64,000 nucleotides of DNA, taken from assembly GCF_009914755.1 (NCBI RefSeq), contig NC_060933.1. The stretch is one strand, 5' to 3'. Below the pieces are notes generated by a model, which did not search any database, had not been told where the DNA came from, and saw nothing but the letters and a program-made list of their open reading frames with translations. A program made the translations under genes and the position numbers. Below are positions 57,801-64,000 of this stretch, piece after piece. Within the stretch, counting starts at the first letter, position 1; each line of letters begins with the position of its first letter. This DNA comes from the human T2T-CHM13v2.0 reference genome, Homo sapiens.

Positions 57801-60800
57801 CGGGTTTATTCCATTCCATTCCATTCCATTCCATTCCATTCCATTCCATTCCGGAAGTTTCCATTCCATTGCATTCCATTCCATTCCATTCCCCTGCACT
57901 CGCGTTGATTCCATTCCATTCCATTCCATTCCATTCCATTCCATTCCATTCCATCCCTTTCCGATCCATTCCATTCCATTCCATTCCATTCCAATCCATT
58001 CCATTCCGTTCCGTTCCATTCCATTCCAATCCATTCCATTCTATTCAGTTTAATTCCATTCCATTCCATTCGATTGCAATCGGGTTGATTCCATTCCATT
58101 CCATTCCATTCCATTCCATTATATTCCTTTCCATTCCATTACGGATTATTCCATTCCATTGCATTCCATTCCATTCCATTCCCCTGTACTCGGGATGATT
58201 CTATTCCATTCCATTCCAATCCATGCCATTCCACTCGTGTTGATTCCATTCTTTCCATTCCATTCAAGTTGAATCCATTCCATTGCATTCCATTCCATTC
58301 CATTCCCCTGCAGTCGGGTTGATTCCATTCCATTCCATTCCATTCCATTCCATTCCATTCCATTCCATTCCTTTCCGTTACATTCCATTCCAATCCATTC
58401 TCTTCGTGTTAATTCGATTCCATTCCATTACATTCCATTCCATTCCATTCCACTCGGGTTGATTCCAATGTATTCCTTTCCATTCCATTCCATTCCATTG
58501 CAATCGAGTTGATTCCATTGCTTTGCATTCCATTCCATTCCATTCCATTCCGGATGATTCCATTCCGTTGCATTCCATACCATTCTAATCCCCTGCACTC
58601 GGGTTGATTCCATTCCATTCCACTCCATTCCGTTCCATTCCATTCCATTCCATTGTATTCGGGTTAATTCCATTCCATTCCATTCCATTCCATTCCATTC
58701 CATTCCATTACAGTCGAGTTGATTCCATTCCATTCCATTCCATTCCAGTCCTTTCCATTCCATTCCACTCGGGTTGATTCCATTCTATTAGTTTCCATTC
58801 CATTCCATTCCCTTCCATTCCAATCTGGTTGATTCCATTCCTTTCCATTCCACTCGAATACATTCCCTCCTATTCCACTCGGAACGATTCCATTCCATTC
58901 CATTCCAATCCATTCCATTCCATTCCATTCCATTTCGTTCCATTCCATTCTATTCCGTATCATTCCATTCCATTCCATTCCATTCCATTCCATTCCATTC
59001 CATTCCATTCCATTGTACTCGGGTTGATTCCATTCCATTGCATTCCATTCCATTCCATTCCATTCCATTCCGTTGCATTCCATTCCATTACATTCGGATT
59101 CATTCTATTCAACTCCCTTAATCTCCACTACATTCCATTCCATTCGGGTTGTTCCATTCCATTCCATTCCATTCCATTCCATTCCATTTCACTCGGGTTG
59201 ATTCCATTCCATTCCATTCCTTTCCATTCCATTCCATTCCGGATGATTCCATTCCATTGCATTCCGTTCCATTACATTCCCCTGCTCTCGCGTTGATTCC
59301 ATTCCATTCCATTCCATTCCATTCAATCCCATTCCATTACAGTTCGTTCCATTCCATTCTATTCCGTACCATTCCATTCCATTCCATACCATTCCATTCC
59401 ATTCCATTCCATTCCATTCCATTCGGTTCCATTCCGTTCCATTCCATTCCATTCCATTCTATTCGGATTAATTCCATTCCATTCCATTCCATTCCATTCT
59501 ATTCCATTCCATTGCAATCGAGTTGAATCCATTGCATTTAATTCCATTCCATTCAATTCCATTCCATTCCATTCCATTCCATTCCGGAAGATTCCATTCC
59601 ATTGCATTCCATTCCATTCCATTCCCCTGCACTCGCTTTGATTCCATTCCATTCCATTCCATTCCATTCCATTCTGTTCCATTCCATTCCATTCCATTCC
59701 ATTCCATTCCGTTCCATTCCATTCCATTCCATTCGGATTGATTCTTTTCATCTCCCTTACTCTCCATTACATTCCATTTCATTCGGGTTGTTCCATTCCA
59801 TTCCATTCCATTCCACTCCATTCCATTGCACTCGGGTTGATTCCATTCCATTCCATTCCATTCCATTCCGGATGATTCCATTGCATTCCGTTCCATTACA
59901 TTCCCCAGCACTCGCGTTGATTCCATTCCATTCCATTCCATTCCATTCCATTCCGTTCCGTTCCATTCCATTCCATTCCATTCTATTCGGGTTAATTCCA
60001 TTCCATTCCATTCGATTGCAATCGAGTTGATTCCATTCCATTCCATTCCATTCCATTCCATTCCATTCCATTCCATTCCATTACTTTCCATTCCATTACG
60101 GATGATTCCATTCCATTGCATTCCATTGCATTCCATTCCCCTGTACTCGGGTTGATTCCATTCCATTCCATTCCATCCCATGCCATTCCACTCGTGTTGA
60201 TTCCATTCTTTCCATTCCATTCAAGTTGAATCCATTCCATTGCATTCCATTCCATTCGATTCCATTCGATTGCAGTCGGGTTGATTCCATTCCATTGCAT
60301 TCCATTGCATTCCATTCCATTCCATTCCATTCCATTCCATTCCGGATGATTCCATTCCATTTCATTCCGTTCCATTACATACCCCTGCACTCGGGTTGAT
60401 TCCATTCCATTCCATTCCATTCCATTCGATTCCATTCCATTCCAATTCTTTCCATTCCATTTTATTCCGTACCATTGCATTCCATTCCATACAATTCCAT
60501 TCCACTCCATTCCACTCTGTTCCGTTCCGTTCTGTTCCGTTCCGTTCCATTCCATTCCATTCCATTCTATTCGGTTTAATTCCATTCCATTACATTCCGT
60601 TCCATTGCAATCGAGTTGAATCCATTGCATTCCATTCCATTCCATTCCATTCCATTCCATTCCGGAAGATTCCATTCCATTGCATTCCATTCCATTCCAT
60701 TCCATTCCATTCCATTGTACTCGGGTTTATTCCATTCCATTGCATTCCATTCCATTCCATTCCGTTCCATTCCATTCCATTCCATTCGGATTGATTCTTT

Positions 60801-63800
60801 TCAACTCCCTTACTCTCCATTACATTCCATTTCATTCGGGTTGTTCCATTCCATTCCATTCCATTCCACTCCATTCCATTGCACTCGGGTTGATTCCATT
60901 CCATTCCATTCCATTCCATTCCGGATGATTCCATTGCATTCCGTTCCATTACATTCCCCTGCACTCGCGTTGATTCCATTCCATTCCATTCCATTCCATT
61001 CCTTTCCGTTCCATTCCATTCCATTCCATTCCATTCCGTTCCGTTCCATTCCATTCCATTCCATTCTATTCGGGTTAATTCCATTCCATTCCATTCGATT
61101 GCAATCGAGTTGATTCCATTCCATTCCATTCCATTCCATTCCATTCCATTCCAGTCCTTTCCATTCCAATACGGATGATTCCATTCCATTGCATTCCATT
61201 GCATTCCATTCCCCTGTACTCGGGTTGATTCCATTCCATTCCATTCCAATCCATGACATTCCACTCGTGTTGATTCCATTCTTTCCTTTCCATTCAAGTT
61301 GAATCCATTCCATTGCATTCCATTCCATTCGATTCCATTCTATTGCACTCGGGTTGATTCCATTCCATTGCATTCCATTCCATTCCATTCCATTCCATTC
61401 CATTCCATTCCGTTCCATTCCATTTCATTACATTCAGATTGATTCTATTCAATTCCCTTACACTCCATTATATTCCAATCCATTCTGCTTGTTTCCATTC
61501 CATTCCATTCCATTTCACTCCATTCAATTGCACTCGGGTTGATTCCATTCCATTCCATTCCATTCCATTCCGGATGATTCCATTCCATTGCATTCCATTC
61601 CATTCCATTCCCCTGCACTCGTGTTGATTCCATTCCATTCCATTACAATCGAGTGGATTCCATTCCATTCCATTCCTTACCATTCCTGTCCTTTCCATTC
61701 CATTCCACTCGGGTTGATTCCATTCTATTAGTTTCCCTTCCATTCCATTCCCTTCCATTCCACTCTGCTGATTCCATTCCTTTCCATTCCACTCGAATAC
61801 ATTCCCTCCTATTCCACTCGGAACCATTCCATTCCATTCCATTCCATTCCATTCCATTCCATTTCGTTCCATTCCATTCTATTCCGTATCATTCCATTCC
61901 ATTCCATTCCATTCCATTCCACTCGTGTTGATTCCATTCCTTTCCATTCCATTAGGTTTGAAGGCATTCCATTCCATTCCATTCCATTGCATTCCATTCC
62001 ATTCCATTCCGGATGATTCCATTCCATTGCATTCCATTCCGTTCCATTCGCCTGCACTCGGGTTGATTCCATTCCATTCCATTCCATTACATTCCGTTCC
62101 ATTCCTTTCCATTCCATTCGGATTGATTCTATTCAATTCCCTTACACTCCATTACATTCCATTCCATTCGGGTAGTTTCCATTCCATTCCATTCCATTCC
62201 TCTCCATTCCATTGCACTCGGGTTGATACCATTCCATTCCATTCCATTCCATTCCATTCCATTCCATTCCATTCCATTCCATTCCGTTCCATTGTACTCG
62301 GGTTGATTCCATTCCATTGCATTCCATTCCATTCCATTCCATTCCATTCCGTTCCATTCCATTCCGTTCCATTCCATTACATTCGGATTGATTCTATTCA
62401 ACTGCCTTACTCTCCATTACATTCCATTCCATTCGGGTTGTTCCATTCCATTCCATTCCATTCCACTCCATTCCATTGCACTCGGGTTGATTCCATTCCA
62501 TTCCATTCCATTCCATTCCATTCCATTCCATTCCGGATGATTCCATTCCATTGCATTCCGTTCCAGTACATTCCCCTGCACTCGGGTTGATTCCATTCCA
62601 TTCCATTCCATTCCATTCGATTCCATTCCATTCCAATTCATTCCATTCCATTCTATTCCGTACCATTCCATTCCATTCCATACAATTCCATTCCATTCCA
62701 TTCAACTCCGTTCCGTTCCGTTCAGTTCCGTTCCGTTCCGTTCCATTCCATTCCATTCCATTCTATTCGGTTTAATTCCATTCCATTCCATTCCATTCCA
62801 TTCTATTCCATTCCATTGCAATCGAGTTGAATCCATTGCATTCCATTCCATTCCATTCCATTCCATTCCATTGTACTCGGGTTGATTCCATTCCATTGCA
62901 TTCCATTCCATTCCATTCCATTCCATTCCGTTCCATTCCATTCCATTACATTCGGATTGATTCTTTTCAACTCCCTTACTCTCCATTACATTCCATTCCA
63001 TTCGGGTTGTTCCATTCCATTCCATTCCATTCCACTCCATTCCATTGCACTCGGGTTGATTCCATTCCATTCCATTCCATTCCATTCCGGATGATTCCTT
63101 TCCATTGCATTCCGTTCCATTACATTCCCCTGCACTCGGGTTGATTCCATTCCATTCCATTCCATTCCATTCCATTCCATTCCATTCCATTCTCCTGCAC
63201 TCGCGTTGATTCCATTCCATTCCATTCCATTCCGTTCCATTCCATTCCATTCCATTCTATTCGGGTTAATTCCATTCCATTCCATTCCATTCCAATCGAT
63301 TTGATTCCATTCCATTCCATTCCATTCCATTCCATTCCACTCCATTCCAGTCCTTTCCATTCCATTACACTCGGGTTGACTCCTTTCTATTCCTTTCCAT
63401 TCCATTCCATTCCATTGCAATCGAGTTGATTCCATTGCTTTGCATTCCATTCCATTCCATTCCATTCCGGATGATTCCATTCCGTTGCATTCCATTCCAT
63501 TCCATTCCCCTGCACTCGGGTTGATTCCATTCCATTCCACTCCATTCCGTTCCATTCGATTCCATTCCATTCCATTGTATTCGGGTTAATTCCATTCCAT
63601 TCCAGTCCATTCCATTCCATTCCATTCCATTACAATCGAGTTGATTCCATTCAATTCCATTCCATTCCATTCCATTCCATTACAATCGAGTTGATTCCAT
63701 TCCATTCCATTCCATTCCATTCCAGTCCTTTCCATTCCATTCCACTCGGGTTGATTCAATTCTATTTGTTTCCATTCCATTCCATTCCCTTCCATTCCAC

Positions 63801-64000
63801 TCTGCTGATTCCATTCCTTTCCATTCCACTCGAATACATTCCCTCCTATTCCACTCGGAACGATTCCATTCCATTCCATTCCATTCCATTCCATTCCATT
63901 CCATTCCATTTCGTTCCATTCCATTCTATTCCGTATCATTCCATTCCATTCCATTCCATTCCATTCCAGTCCATTCCACTCCATTCCATTCCATTCCATT

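Larger units (their letters stand above)
1..64000. repeat. Satellite III (HSat3) array, (CATTC)n/(GGAAT)n with interspersed decamers; extends beyond both window edges
   Basis: Seen: ATTCC pentamers dominate every line and are interrupted every ~30-100 bp by ACTCGGGTTG, AATCGAGTTG, ACTCGCGTTG or ATTCGGGTTA. Established: (ATTCC)n plus A(T/C)TCGGGTTG is the defining simple sequence of classical satellite III. The HSat2-type CATTCGATTC/ATGATG pattern is not dominant. Confidence 0.98.
1..64000 (-). ncRNA. Potential template for stress-induced G-rich Sat III lncRNA (boundaries not determinable)
   Basis: Established: heat-induced Sat III transcripts are predominantly the GGAAU-rich strand, which is the - strand throughout this window. 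The sequence cannot show that this locus is transcribed, and no start or end site is visible. Confidence 0.3.

Noticed and set aside
93-63999. Hundreds of ORFs (MEWNG.. on -, IPFHS.. on +), up to 386 aa (19527..20687)
   Set aside because: The pentamer contains no stop codon on either strand and supplies an ATG every 5 bp on the - strand. The ORFs overlap in all frames and show no domains or gene structure, so they are artefacts.
1-64000. CRISPR-like appearance (recurring ACTCGGGTTG motifs with intervening sequence)
   Set aside because: The intervening sequences are the pentamer itself, not unique spacers. There are no cas genes or leader, and this is a eukaryotic satellite.
1-64000. Alu, L1, alpha-satellite or telomeric insertions
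   Set aside because: No poly-A tail, no non-pentamer stretch longer than a few tens of bp, and no 171-bp monomer, CENP-B box or TTAGGG run was seen.
1-64000. Assignment to DYZ1 (3.6 kb) or another regular HOR array
   Set aside because: No sustained period exists; the 3.29 kb and 7.85 kb units each occur only twice.

Overview
The whole 64 kb is one uninterrupted, single-orientation array of classical satellite III (HSat3). It consists of (CATTC)n on the + strand and (GGAAT)n on the - strand, punctuated by ACTCGGGTTG / AATCGAGTTG-type decamers. The origin is human or great-ape pericentromeric heterochromatin, most plausibly the chr9q12 array, judged from recurrent pHuR98-like modules (recalled from memory, unverified). 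I see no genes, transposons, rRNA/tRNA or CRISPR, and every ORF in the track is a translation artefact of the pentamer (MEWNG / IPFHS). The structure of interest is internal: a small set of shuffled 100-400 bp modules, two recent tandem duplications (~7.85 kb and ~3.29 kb) with junctions in the same motif, older 0.6-1.8 kb duplications, near-perfect 5-bp register, a divergent island at ~5.7-11.2 kb, and about 40 copies of a variant (ATTCC-GGAAG-ATTCC) that forms a perfect three-unit heat-shock element. I found no support for a novel protein-coding system. All counts and offsets were obtained by eye.
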